A stretch of DNA of 64,000 nt from Iphione sp. A-MEVVRFRX5 (Eukaryota): the NCBI GenBank assembly GCA_976226885.1, contig OZ320316.1, forward strand, positions 109,306,001 to 109,370,000, read 5' to 3'. This document shows positions 12,401-27,400 of the stretch, piece by piece; the stretch's first letter is position 1; every line of letters starts with the position of its first letter. Under the pieces are notes generated by a model. That model did not search any database. It was given only the letters and a program-made list of their open reading frames with translations, and was not told where the DNA came from. A program made the translations under genes and the position numbers.

Positions 12401-15400
12401 AGTGTTATTCTTCAAGGGAAATGCTTCCCCATAGGATGTTATTCTAGAGAGTTGCGTGCTGATGATACTTTGTATTCATCCTTTTCAACATTCTCTTCTA
12501 TTCCCATCGATTAGGTAACAATAAATGTTGTTGCAAAACTGACTAATGAGGCAGCAACTCAGACCTTCTCGGAGACCCTTGGTAAGAGCAACCCCCCCTT
12601 CTAAGATTAAGATTTGTGTAGTTAGATCTCATCAAACTTACCAAAGCTTGTCAGTCAGATCTAACAGCACTGACAGAGCAGTGCCAATCCAATCTGTCCA
12701 GACTGACAGAGCACTGTCAATCAGATCAAACCAGTCTGACAGAACACTGTCAATGAGATCTGGCAGGACTGAGAGAGCACTGTCAATCAGATCAGACCAG
12801 ACCGACAGAGCACTGTTAATCAGATCTGACAAGACTGACCGAGCACTGTCAATCCGATCTGACCAGATAGATAGAGGACTGTCAATCAGAAAGTATAGTA
12901 GTTTAGGCTTGGTGTGGTCGCTAGATTTCCTCATTACCATGCTGGTCAAGAGTCAGTTCTCATACATGAATCGACCTTGTATATTTGTATAACTGTGTAA
13001 ATTTCCCATCAGCGTCCTACTTATTCTTCGCCTCCATCAATATGTCATACCTTAATAGTAGCTTCTGTGCCCTATTCAACCATGGGTAATATGTTCCTTC
13101 TAAGGAGGTTTGGGTATCCATTGTAGATTTCTCCTCCGTGAGAAGAAGAACCATTACCAAGACCCGGGCCTTTACAGCTACCTCAGCCTCCTGTGCTGGA
13201 GCTGAGTCTTTAACCGTCACCATAACTGATGCTGCCTCTGCTGACTGGTCTGATAACAATGAACTGGATGTTGCCTTACCTGCCTTCCAATGTGACCATA
13301 CCGGTAAGCAAGAGCCTCACACTCATAAACTCAACATTACCTTTACCCACCTTCCAATGTGACCATACAGGTAAGCAAGAGCCTCATACTCGTAAACTCA
13401 ACATGACCTTTACTCACCTTCCAATGGGACCATACAAGTAAGCAAGAGCCTCATACTCGTAAACTCAACATGACCTTTACTCACCTTCCAATGGGACCAT
13501 ACAGGTAAGCAAGAGCCTCATACTCGTAAACTCAACATGACCTTTACTCACCTTCCAATGGGACCATACAAGTAAGCAAGAGCCTCATACTCGTAAACTC
13601 AACATGACCTTTACTCACCTTCCAATGGGACCATACAGGTAAGCAAAAGCCTCATACTCATAAACTCAACATGACCTTTACCCACCTTCCAATGTGACCA
13701 CACAGGTAAGCAAAAGCCTCATACTCATAAACTCAACAATACCTTTACCCACCTTCCAATGTGACCATACAGGTAAGCATCAGAGTAATACTGATAAACT
13801 AATAAAAAGGTAGGTCAAGGTATCATTTATCAACTTCTTATGACAGACTACACCCAATTGTTTTCTTTTTAAAGACGGACATGAGTGAAATGAAGGGTTG
13901 GTCATAAGTGTAAGAGTATATCAAGGCTGTGAAAGATGCTCATGACTGTGGGAGTTAATAGCTGAGAGAGGCAATCATGACTGTGAGAACCGACCATAAC
14001 TGTGACAGCTAACCATGAACGTGAGAGCTAATCATGACTGTGAGAACTGACCATAACTGTGACAGCTAACCATGAACGTGAGAGCTAACCATGACTGTGA
14101 GAACTGACCATAACTGTGACAGCTAACCATGACTGTAAAAGATGACCATGACTGAGACAGTTGGCCATGACTGTGATAGCTAACCATGACTGTAAGAGGT
14201 GACAATGACTGTAAAAGCTGATAATGACTATGAGAACTGACCATAACTGTGAGAACTGATCATAACGGTGACAGCCGATGATGACTGTAACAGCTGACTA
14301 GGCCTGAACATGAGGTATAATTCAACTCCTGCTTTGGCCGACTCCAGAGAAAATCAACATTGAAGCCACCTCGCTGACGTTGGACGTTACGCCGGTGGAG
14401 CTCGGCCAGAATATTCCCTTCACACTGAGCGCCACGATTCACACTGACAGCTCCTCCTACGGGCAGGAAACATGGCCACACTTTCTCTACTCCATCTACA
14501 TCTCGGCCGACGAAACGATCGACCAGAACGACTACAAGGTCCCCTACGTCATCAACGACTGTCAACGTGACGTGCTCAGCGGCGAGCTGACGGACAGCCT
14601 CGTTCTGACACTGTCCGATGATGGTAAGTCAGAACGGCTCCAACCGGTCACGAACGAAGTAGTAGAGGTGATATAACCATATACATTCCTTCCTGTCAGC
14701 CTGAATTAACATTGAAAAAAAAGGAAAAAATAGTGCCTACCGACTAACTCTCTCTTTTTTGGCTCGTTACCGGAAACAAAGAGCTTTATTTATAGCCTAA
14801 TAGACTTTAATTGAATTGAGTTGAAAATGATTTTTTCCAACATATCACGAAAGCGGGCGTTTTTCTAGTTTAAAATGAACACGATATGACAATTCAGTGT
14901 TTCTGACAACACTTACACAGAGTTTTGTGTAAGGTAATGGCGATTTTAGCACAGGCCCATAGCCAGGAAGTTTTGTCGGGGGCATCGGACGATGCCCCCC
15001 CCCCCCCAGTACCCAAGAGGTGGGACTCCTGGCATCCATCTCTATGCATACCTGTAGAACAAATGTATTCCCCTGTGGAAATGTAATGATTGCTCTTTTG
15101 GATAGTAGTTTGGGTAGAAGGTACATTCAAAATTTTAGTTTTACGGGTATTTAATAACAGGCTGTTGCTCCTGCACCGTAGATCTATGTTGTTACAGATA
15201 GTCAAAGTATTAGCCTGCAATGTAGTGCCTACGTAACATATAGATTCTTCAGTAGACTATCATTTGCTACTCTGTATCGGTGAGTGAAACGTCGAAGACC
15301 AGCTATAAAACATTGAAGATCATTGCACATGTAGCTACAATTATTATATTTCTTAATATCACTGCATTAAGACCATGTAACTGCTAAATCCATCGTAGGG

Positions 15401-18400
15401 ACTCGTGTGTGTAGGGGGGATAATTCGGGGGTGGGGTCAAACCTTGTTTTGTACAATATAATGTGTTTTTTGTCTTGTAAATCATCTTGTTTAGTGGGTT
15501 TTATCCTGCCGTCCGATCTTGTTTAGTGGGTTTTACCCTGCCGTCCGCTGGGCTAGAGCGTTTCTGTGCGTCGGGGAAAATGGTGTATGTATGCGTCCGT
15601 CTGGACAGCTTCGATAATACCCCCTCCGACGCCATCATGGGTGAACTTCACGAGACGAAGGAGTACGACAACGACGTCTGCAGCACGGCCGTTGCCATGG
15701 ATGACCAGGACGTCATCACCTGCGATGACGTCGTCATAGCAACCGAACAGAAACGTGAGTTAAGAGTGTTCTTCTCTTGATAGAACATGCCTTCTGTCAC
15801 ATCACAAAAATGTTTTACATACTTAAGGCACCCCCTCCCCCGAAAAAAATAGATGTGTTTCTAGTTACGACCAGATAAAACCTAAGTTTTTTTAAATTTT
15901 TTTCCACTTTCTTTCTCTGGTTTTCAATAATAGTAAAGGCAATATGAAGAATTCTGACTAATTTGCATGAGTTTTACAGTTTTATTTCTGAATTTCCATG
16001 GATTCTATTGTTTTTCTACTGAATTTAACAAAAACATGCTGTGAAAACATGTATCTAAGGAAAGTCAGCCTTGGATGCTCTTTGGGGCCAAAAGATTTTT
16101 AGGTAGGGTGGGTAACCAAAAACACACCTATTTCTTTTTTGGCCTTATCTTGTCATCAGTAACCTTGCTGTTTTTCCTCCGACATAATTTTGTATGTGGC
16201 AGCATTTGTACATGAATGTTAGTGTGTGTCTGTGTGTGGGTGAGTATGTTTGAGGTCCGTGGAGATACAGCAGTAATCAGGTGAATATAAATGCCACCAA
16301 CAACAGCTTGAAAGGTCAGGCTCTTATCAATGTTATTATATATTACTTAATATCCATATGAAATGCTGAAAGGTATCACTTTAGGTTATTTTATGCCCAG
16401 TAGTTGTGCAGCGGCTTGTGTGAAGCCCAGATATTTAACTTCCTGCCTCTTCTGTGCCCTGGTGGGAGCGAGGGTGCATTTCATTTCATTGTATCTTTAA
16501 CCAGGAATATATTCACCTTTCATCAGGACAGGATTCTTCCATACTCCTGGGGTAGCATACTGCCATCTATTATTGAAAATTGAGAGACCAGAATACCCAA
16601 GGTTGTCCACTACCCATATTTCAAATAAGTTTCTGGGGTCTTTTGTTACATAGGAGACAGAATCTTATACACCCACAGCCTTTTTATGAGTTGTGGACCA
16701 GTCTGGGTTGGGGCTACAGTAAATCTGTCTGGTCATGATTAAGAATCACAGGCCTGCTATTGAACCTGTAACCTCACCCTAACCATTGAATACCACTTTG
16801 AACAGTAGTTTCTCTTCTATTACCCTCATGCTAGGACTGTTGATTCACTTTTGAATGAAGGAGAGATTCTAATTTACAGTTGATGTGCTGATCCTGGGAG
16901 ATGTCGTAATAAGGGCTGGTCCACAGAACCGGCAAGTCAAAGGCATCTTCACAAACTACGCCATGGAACTGGAATTTGACGTACGTAGAAACATATGCAT
17001 ATATATATATGTCTGTACCACAGGATGTAATTAACAGTATTATTTATATATATGTGTGTATATATCTCCATTGCAAAGATACAGGTCTTATAAAAGTTGA
17101 CTAAATCATGTACAGTGGAAGACTAAATACGGAGGAGACTCGGATGGGAGACCAAGCTTGGGACAGGCAATTTTGGTCTCTCCCACAATTTGATCTCTTT
17201 AGAAATACCCTATAATTATAGAATGAATGGATGAATTGGCCTTAGAACTCTCAGGCACTGTCCTGGTTTGATCTCCCCTCTGACCTGATCTGGTCTTTAT
17301 CCATGTCTCCACTGTAGTTGTGAAAGGCATGAACACTTCTTAAACAACTATATTGGTAGCTGTGGCCGCCTGAGGAGAATACTTTGCAGCAAGCTTTACT
17401 TGAAATTTTTGTAAGAAAGTTTATATAGGATGTATTCTCAACCAATCTCCGTAGATGACTTGATAAAGCCTAGCAATATAGTCTAAAAACCATGGAGTCA
17501 TTACAGCCTTCAGGAGCATGACACTTTAAGATCATAAAAAATTATTAATTAATAGTGCCTAGATTTAGTATGCAAACTCAACTAGGATCTCCAAACCCTT
17601 GGTGGCAGGTCACTAACCGTAAACTCAGGCAGCCAGTCATTGTTTGCAAACTCAATTTATTCTAACTAAGGTGCTACACGTTAGTCCAGGTCATAAGCTC
17701 CAGCAATGTACCTGACCACAGCATGATTATAACAAAGATGTCTGTTAAGACCTTTCTTTAATCTACTCCAGCTTAATGTGGCAATACATAATAACTATAG
17801 GCAGTTTGTAGATACCCATGACCATTTAAGAGATTACTATATACACACAAGTATACAGACAAGGATATTAAATAAGACCTTTCTTACATCTACTGCATCT
17901 TATTATGGGAGTACAAAATAACTATGAATAGTTTGTAGAGTTCTATATACTATAATAACAATGATCAGTTTGTAAATTACTGTGTGTATAGATATGACAT
18001 GCTTATAACAATGATCTATAATATGACCTGTCTTTAATGTACTCCTCCTTTGGTAAGGGAATACATAATAACCATGAAGAGTTTGTGGACTGTGCAATCC
18101 AACCATGACTATTCGGTAGACTACTATGAACATGAAAGAATAGCATGATTTGGAACAGGGATATTTAATCAGACCTTTCCTAATATCTACTCCAGCTTGG
18201 TGCTAGATACTTCCACTCAGAGTGGCTCGCACCTGAGGCTACTGACCCTGGCAGTTTTTGAGCTGGGTTTAAAGTTTGCCAAACTTTTTGACACTGCTTC
18301 AGTTGTTCTTGAGCATATAAATAACAGAACTTTTCCTTTAGGCCTAGTAAAAAAAGTTTTGTGTTTCTGGTAACGCGACCAACACTTCATTAGAGCTAAT

Positions 18401-21400
18401 TGTAACTTTTTATTTTTTCTTGTTTTTTTATAACTTCAGAATGAATCATGATAGAGACATGTTCTATACACCAAATTTTCCATAGATTAACCAGTATAAA
18501 GGTAAAATCTAACCAGTATAAATGGCATTGCCTTACACATCTGTTGCTTTCAGGATTTTTTAGCATAAAAAAAAGGGAGGAAAATGTTACCTACCAACTG
18601 ACCCTGTATTTTTTCAGGTTCTTACCGGAAACACAAAACTGTTTTAGGCTTTTTCTACTTTAGCTTGGTGTGAAAAACTTACACTCGGTTGTTAGAACTG
18701 CTGGTGATTGCACTACAGTTGTTCTTGAGGGTATTTAATAAGACTTATTCTTTATTTACTCCAGCTTGGTGTGAGAAACTTACACTCAGAGCAGCTCCAG
18801 CCTGAGCCTACTGCTCCGGGCAATTTTGAGCCTGGCTTGAAGCTTGTTAAACCTGATGGTACCACAGTTGATCTCAACTATCCAAGCTTAGTCAGCAACA
18901 TGCAAACCCTGGGAATAGACGCAGGACAGACGCTCAGATACACAGTTACAGGTACAGGTTTCCTTTCAGCCACTCAAGGTTATACTAGTTATCAACTATC
19001 AGGACTAACTTCTCTAACCTGTGAGTATCTATGAGTAGTACAATTCCAGATTACTTATACATGTATAAGGTTTCCCCTATACACGTACTATAAAATGTCA
19101 TTATTAAAGGTCATGTGTGAACGGCAGGTCTGTATATCGGAGAGAGATATTGCGAAATTAAATGATTGTTAGGACTATATGCCTTGTATGAACACAGTGA
19201 AGTCAATACCGACAACACACACACACACACACTCCACCCATACACAACTTGTGGCCTAGATCTCTAACCCAAAACCTTTCTCTAGCGCTACAGCCCCTAC
19301 TAAAGTACAACTCTCTTCTTTAGACTCTGTTGTGGCAGGTGAACCTGATAGTGGCACACACACTACACACACAACACACATATCACACATGGCCTTCACC
19401 TGTAACTCAGCTGGAACCCTTTGTCTGGACTCCAGCCCATACTAAAGTATGACTTCCTTCTCCATTCTCAAGTGACCTTAACAGTTGCACACACACAAAA
19501 CAAAACATAAATAACATGCAGCCTAGACTTCTAACTCATATAGAGTCCTTCACTAGGGCCTACACTACAGGGTGACCCTCTTCTTCAGTCTCTGTGCTGG
19601 TCGGTGACCTTAACAGCAGCACGCACACATGCACACATGACATACACACAAGACCCACATCACATATGGCCTAGACCTCTAACATAGATCAAGCCCTAGA
19701 GCTCTAGCCCATACTTCCCTCTTCAGTCTCCGTGGTCGGGAGTAACCTTAACAGTAGCACACACACATACACACATCACACAGTCACAAAACATGCACCA
19801 CATGCTGCCAAGACTCCTAACTCAGATGGATCCCTTCTCTAGAACTCTAGCCCAAACTAAAGTATGACTTACTTCTTCAGTCTCCATGGTGTGGGGTGAC
19901 CTTAACCGTAGCACACACACATACACACGCCACACACACACAAAACAAAACATAAACCACATGCAGCCTAGACTTCTTACTCACAGTCCTTCACTAGGGT
20001 TCTGGAGCCTATACTAAAGTGCAACCATCTTCTTCAGTCTCCGTGGTGGCAGGGGGACCTGAACAGCTGCACACACATACATGCACACATGACATACACA
20101 CAAGACCCACATCTCATATGGCCTAGACCTCAGATCAAGCCCTTCTCTAGAGCTCCAGTTTATATTAAAGTACAACTTTCCTCTCCAGTCTCCGTGGCGG
20201 CCGGTGACCTGAGCAGCCTCTGCACAGAGTACGAACCAGCCGGAGTGAAGCTTGTTGCTGAGCTAACAGATGTCCACGCCAGTGATTACTCTCAGGGCCA
20301 GGATGCGGAACGACTGCTGACGTTGGCATGCCTGCCGAGCGGTGAGTATTCAACAATATTTAGTCTCCCAAGTGATAGTTGGCATTTCACCCATGGGAAA
20401 ATGGCCGATGGGGCAGACATATCATTGCCGTTTTGATAGTCATGGTCATTATTAAGTGGGAGAGAAATCATAAGGCTGGTTTGCAGAATATTGGACAAGG
20501 ACAATTTCACTCTTTGTTGACAGTGTTGACTCTTTGGTGTGTCTTTGTTGACTCTTTCTTGTATCCATCCAGAGGTAAAGGGGAAGTACATGGAACAGGG
20601 ACTGTTTTTCATTCCTTGCTGCCAGTGTTTATCATTTATCGGTGTGTCCACCCGTTTAATACATAAAGTTGTATCTCTATTTACGACCACACCTTGGGGC
20701 CAAGCTCAACTGGTCCTAATGGCAAATTTGGTCGTAAATAGATTATTGTTAACTATTAAAATCAGTAATATTTGTTCCCATCCCAAATGGTTGTAATAGC
20801 AAGAATGGTCATAAATTGATGTGGTTGTAAATTCTTTTGTATTTAATTATATGTAAAGATTATTACTTCAGGCCTATATAGGATACATGCGCTTTAATTG
20901 TCTACTTTGCAGAAAGAGTGCAGGGAGGAGATTTGAGAATGAGTTCATGTTCTTATTCAGATGTGTTTTTTTGTTGTTGTGCTCCAGCGGCGCCGGAGCT
21001 TCACTCCAGCCTGCAAGCTGACCTCACCTTTTACCCCGACATCAATTACGATGTGCCCTTTGATGCGACCGTCGTGAACCACGGCATAAACACCCTGGCC
21101 GGCTACGCTTTGACATTCCTCCTGGTCGGCCTGTCATCAACGCCCGGAAGTGTCGACGACTCCGAGGTACGCGACGCTCTGTCGTCGGCCGCCGTCGTCG
21201 AGGCCAGCACCCCCAGCGTCTCCCTGGAACCACCCATCTCTCCAGGGAGGAGCCACAGGATGAAAGGGACAGGTAACGTCGCAACATTTGCCATCCTTTA
21301 CCCTAGAACATCCACAAGGAGAAAAAAAAGTCGCAAAGATTTGCCCCAAATACATGTACAGTGAACTACTCACTTAGGAGGACACTTCTGGTAGTGGAGA

Positions 21401-24400
21401 AATCTGGCCTCAGTTACAGGTCTGGTAACCCCATGGTAATAATACTTTTGGTTCTGCAAAAGCTGGTGTCCCCCATGGTCTGGTCTCCTCTGTGATGTAA
21501 TCTTTAAGTAAGAGTTGGCTGTATTTCGATACAGAATGAGACCACAGAGAAAACTGGACCACAGCAGATACCAAATGTTGCCTACCGGGGGTCTCCTGAG
21601 TGAGAGTCGACTATATTATCAGCTACTGGTTTATAATCGCTGGAATGGTACTAGACTGGTACGTCTTATATACATTGTATTGGTAATATATTTTTATAGC
21701 AACTTGTACTTTCAATTTTAAATATTTCTACAGGGGAAAGTACCGGTCTCTCAGCTAATAAATAAAAACCTGTCTTTCTAATATGTTACGATTCCCCAGG
21801 GTTAATTAAATGCTTTTATGAAATTACCTATTTGCTAATTTGATAGGGCAGGATACTTAGTGTAATCCAAGTATAGAACAATAAAACATCATTGGCTTCA
21901 AGCCCTGATCTTTCACTAAAATAAAGGATATGCATGTACAGTTATAATCAAGATTAAGAAGCTTACTGTTTAAATGTGTCAAGCAGAATACCTTAGTAAT
22001 CTGTGTGTTTTCTTTATTGTCCTGAGGAGTGCAAACAGTACTATAGTATGAATTACAATAATCTTAGCAATTTGTTGTCAGTCTTAAAGCGCTCAAACAG
22101 TACCCTAATAACAACAATACTAGTAAACTGAGAGACCCATTGTCAGTCCTTAGGACATCAAACAGAACCCTAGTAACAACAATACCAGTACACTGAGAGA
22201 CCTATTGTCAATCATCACAACATAAAATGGCACCCTAGTCACAAAAATACCGGTAAACTGAGAGACCCATTGTCAGTCCTGAGGACATCAAACAGTATCC
22301 TAGTAACAACAATATCAGTAAACTGAGAGACCCATTGTCAATCCTGAGGACATCAAACAGTACACTAGTAACAACAATACCAGTAAACTGAGAGACCCAT
22401 TGTCAATCCTGAGGACATCAAACAGTACACTAGTAACAACAATACCAGTAAACTGAAAGACTAATTGTCAGTCCTGAGGACATCAAACAGTACACTAGTA
22501 ACAACAATACCAGTAAACTGAGAGACCCATTGTCAGTCCTGAGGACATCAAACAATATCCTAGTAACAACAATACCAGTAAACTGAGAGACTCATTGTCA
22601 ATCCTGAAGAAATCAAATGGTACCCTAGTAACAACAATACTAATAATCAGTGTGATGTATTGCCAGTCCTAAGGAGCTCAAACAGTACTGTAGTAATAAT
22701 GACAGTAACCCAAAACATTCACTGCCTGTCCTTGCTCAAAGAGTACCCTAGTAACAACAATCATAGTAAACTAAATGATTCATTTCTAGTCCTGAAGAGC
22801 TCAAGCAGTATGATTGGCACAACATAAACTGATAATCAGAGTGATTCATTGACAGTCCTGTTGACTTTACACAGTACCCTAGATACAACACTACCAGTAA
22901 TATGAGAGATTCATTGTCAGTCAGTAATTGTCAGTAATTAGAGTGATTTCTTGCCAGTCCTGAAGGGTGTACATCACATCCCAGTCACAACAACAGTCAT
23001 CTGAGTAATTCATTGCCATTCCTGAGGAGTACAACAGTTATCTAGAAACAACAATAATAGTTACCGGAGTAATTCATTGCCATTCCTGAGGAGTGCAAAC
23101 AGTTATCTAGAAACAACAATTATAGTTACCGGAGTAATTCATTGCCATTCCTGAGGAGTGCAAACAGTTATCTAGAAACAACAATTATAGTTACCGGAGT
23201 AATTCATTGCCAGTCCCGATGAGTGCAGACAGTTATCTAGAAACAACAATTATAGTAATCTGCATAATTCATTGCCAGTCCTGAGGTGCTCAAAGCAGTA
23301 CTCTAGAAACTATAACCATAATCTCAGTACTTCATTGAGTGTCCTGCTGAGCTGTTTGGATTACTTTGATTACAGACTACCATATTCTGCTATTAACCAA
23401 ATGTACGTGTATTTATCCTTGAATTCTTACACCATTGACTTAAACCTATATTCGTACTGCTATTTCGACATTCATAAATCGCCTTTAAAAAGCTCTAGCA
23501 CTGTGGAGACGGCTGAATAGAGATTCAATCGATCAATCAATCAAACCTAATTAAATACCCCTAATTCTCTCTCTTTCAGTCCAGCTAACGCTAAGTTCTG
23601 CTGAGTGTACTGCTATGACCAGTGCTACCCATGTACTGTTTGGCGTGAAGACCACAGCTACACAATACCAGGATGCTTCATATTTCCTCAGTGATAATTT
23701 TATGTCAAAATTTACATGTAAGTTACCAATTATTTAAAAAAGCGATTATCAGAGGTCAACAGGTCAGAATATGTATTGAGTGGCAATTTCGTTCTTCAGT
23801 GATGGTTAGATTTTCTCTGTAAATGAGCAAATATTTTATCACCAATGAATACATATTGACAATAGTCTCTACGTATCAAATAATTTCATCAAATATGACC
23901 AAAGATAAAAATTTGGTGCCTAAGTGACAACTGATAATTACACTGTAAAATTGTTTATGAATTTCTATTTTAATGACCAATACTGAATAACATTTTTCAA
24001 CAAATTCTGTCAAGATCAAAATTTGTTTGTGAATGATGATTGAAAAAATACTATTTGATTTATTTGTAAGTGATCATCAATTTTACCACTGTCAAATTCA
24101 GGTTTACAATAGTTTTTCAGTGAAGAAACAACTTCACCGTTGATAACCAGAGGTCAAATAATACCAATAAGTGACCATCAATGTCATCGGTTATAAATAC
24201 AAGTTGAAATGTGCTTTTAGGTAACCATTGCTAAGGAGAATCCCTCCTTTTACTTCATTCATTAATATTTATGGTGGAGACTCTCTTAACGACCGCCTCT
24301 CTGCAACGGTCACCTTCTATAAACACCAGTGCACAGAGGGTGCAAGTTTAGTTTAATAAAGTAAACATGTTGTCTCGCCGCTAATAAAGATCCGGAGAGG

Positions 24401-27400
24401 TCTGGACAGTGTTTACTGAGTATGAAATGCCTTCATTAATGATATTTCACTAATCTAACAGATCCGTTGCTGCTGGTATTTATACAGGTGCTCAGCCTGC
24501 TTCATACACAGATCTCTCCGTAACTGGCACAGCCGGAGACACCCTTACCCTGGATGCGACCCTGGATGTAAGCTCTCTAGTCGTCAATCTGGACCCTACC
24601 ACTCCACAACACAACTTTAAACTGGGATTCTGGTTTTCGAATGATGGCCAGCTGGGTGCTAGTGACCAGGAACTGGACGAATTCGCTGGGAACACAGACG
24701 GGTTTGCGGCTTCCTCGGCCGTGGCTCTCACGTCGAATGCTGCAGGGATGTTCTGTCAGATGTCCAGTGTTTATCTACTGGCTAATGTCGAGAGCACGGT
24801 GCCTGTCACAGATCGCAACGTTCTCGACGATGTCTGGGCACAGCAAGTCACTTTCTCATGTCCAGGGAGTAAGTTATACAAAATAAACCTGTGGGTTGTT
24901 CTTTCATAGATATGTGCTATGTGCTACATAACATTATGTTCAGGGAGTAAGTTACCTAAGATAAACCTGTGGGTTATTCTTTCATAATTATTGTGCTACA
25001 TAAGCTTCTCACATCAAGGGAGTAAGTTAAACCTACTCGTCATTATTCCATAAATATGTGCTTCATTAGCTTCTCACATCAAGGGAGTAAGTTACGTAAG
25101 ATAAACCTGTCAGTCATTCTTCCATAAATAGGTGCTACATTAGCTTCTCACTTCAAGGGGGTAACTTACGTATGATAAACCCTGTGGGCTATTCCCTTGT
25201 AAATATGTGCTACATAAGCTTCTAATGTCGAAGGAGTGAGTTGCACAAGATAGATCTAATGATTACACTACCTATATAAAACGTTGCCCGAAAGTAGTCC
25301 GGTCATGGGGAGTTCTCATACAGATGTGAGTTAATACAGGGAGGATACTTGTTATTGTTACTGATGTATTAAGTGAAGGTATTATAAAGGAAGACATATT
25401 CTAGCACTATTTCTTGATTATGAGTGCTTAAAGTAGAGATAGAATAGTACAATGTACTATTTTCTCAGTAAAGGGTGTATTAATGCACCCATTTGTAAAC
25501 AACAGGCAGAGATGGATTGTAAAATACTATGGGGAGGGGTCAAAGTACAGCACACAGAGAGCGATTGGGTGGGTGGGGGGGGGGGGGGGAATGCCGCCGA
25601 AGGTGCTAGTTATTCATTAAAAAATATGTGCTACATCACCTTCTCACTTGGAGGGAGTACCTTACATAAGCCCGTTGGTTATTCTTTCATAAATTAGTAC
25701 TAATTGACTCCTTTGAGCCTCTTTGGGTATCCCATCATGTCCAATAGGGAAATGTAGCATATGATAAATATATCTGAGGGTTATTCATTTGTAAAACAAG
25801 TGAAACATGACCCAACAGTACATATGTGATGACTCCTTTAATATCTAATCTTGTACAGAATTTCCAGGGAGAACTCACCTAGTCGGAATGAAGGCAAATG
25901 TTCCTGGTCCTGATATAGCCAGGAATTTTTGTGGGGGGTATCTAAAATTGGAGAGGTAGAACATATTCCTCACATTTCCTCACCTCTTTTGAGTATTTCT
26001 TCCTCTGGGTGGACCTCCTAGGCTTTCTGGGTTACATTTCTTCACATTTCCTCACCTCTTTTGAGCATTTGTTTTTCTAGGTAGACCTCCTGGCCTTTGC
26101 GGGGGGTATCAGCCGATACCCCCGATACTCCCTTGGCAGTTGGCTAGTAAAAGACGATTCTGACACATACTCATATAGGACATACAGGCACTTGAATTGT
26201 TACTTTCCATTGTTTTATGCAGATATATTCCAAATGGTTGAGGTCGTTGACTTGAGCACAACTCTGGTGGCTGGAACTCCAGAAGTTGTTAACAAGTTGT
26301 ACTTCTCTGTCGGCGTCAGAAACGTGGGCGGAGCGGCGCTCTCTCCGGGACATCGTCATCTGTCTAACTTTCATTTTCAAGTACGCGGATTGATATATTT
26401 ATATTCAGCAATTCTGTCTTTTCTTTATTGGGGGCAAAGGACAAGCTTATTTGTGTGGACTGTTCATAAACATGAGTCGTGTACATAGTTACTTGATCCT
26501 CAGGGGGACTACGTCTGCACCAGCCAGCTCATGCATAAACTAGCAGTGCAGAGAGGGTGCAAATTGAGGTCATTAAACTAAATACAGCGTCTCGCCAACA
26601 ACTAGCATCACTAAAGACCAGGTTAGGTATTAACTATGCATAACAACCAAATCCTAACTGATATATGTGTCTAACTTCAATGTCAGCTGGAGCATACCTA
26701 CGATGGCAGTACGTGGTCCTCTTGGCGTAATCTCATGGTCCGCCAGATGTCGACAAGTATGCTAGATGACGGCCTACCGGCAGGGGGCAGCACGATGTAC
26801 TCTCTCCGGGCCTCCCAACCAATCAGCAGCGCGCTGTGCACCGATCTAAGCAGTAATAATGGGTAAGGGAAGCATATTACACCTAAATCTAACTCTCTTT
26901 GTTCTCATTCCATAATATATCGTATTTACAGACTCATACCTTATACAATTGAACATCATGTGGACGATCGCTGCAATTAGTGCCAATTCACATATTATAC
27001 GTTTGGGATAAATGACTTTAGAGTGACTACAAATATATGCAATCATAAAGCCATATGTACGTGTTTATTTTTTAAATTTCTTCTGCATAGCTGTCATTTA
27101 TGTATATAAATATGTCAAGTAATTAGCTGGAGGGTTAGTAAATTTTCCTGTTGGATTATCGTTGAATTTGAAACCTGTCAACATTTCCGCTACAGTGTTA
27201 TTTGTTCTCTGTGTTGATGAATTTCACATTTCAAAAGTATCGACTTGTCTGTTCTCGTGTCAACTGAAGTTTACTCTAAAAACCTGTTTGCGTTTCCGTT
27301 TTGGGGGTAGTGACTCTAATTGTTGATCATATGACTATCCCTCTGCACAGGCGCGTACGGGTGCGACTCTACCAAGGTCTAGGTCAAGGTGAAAGCACCT

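Noticed and set aside
13013-13085. Candidate extra exon before exon 11
   Set aside because: It would need a 41-nt intron. Exon 12515-12581 resolves the phase and fits the module pattern better.
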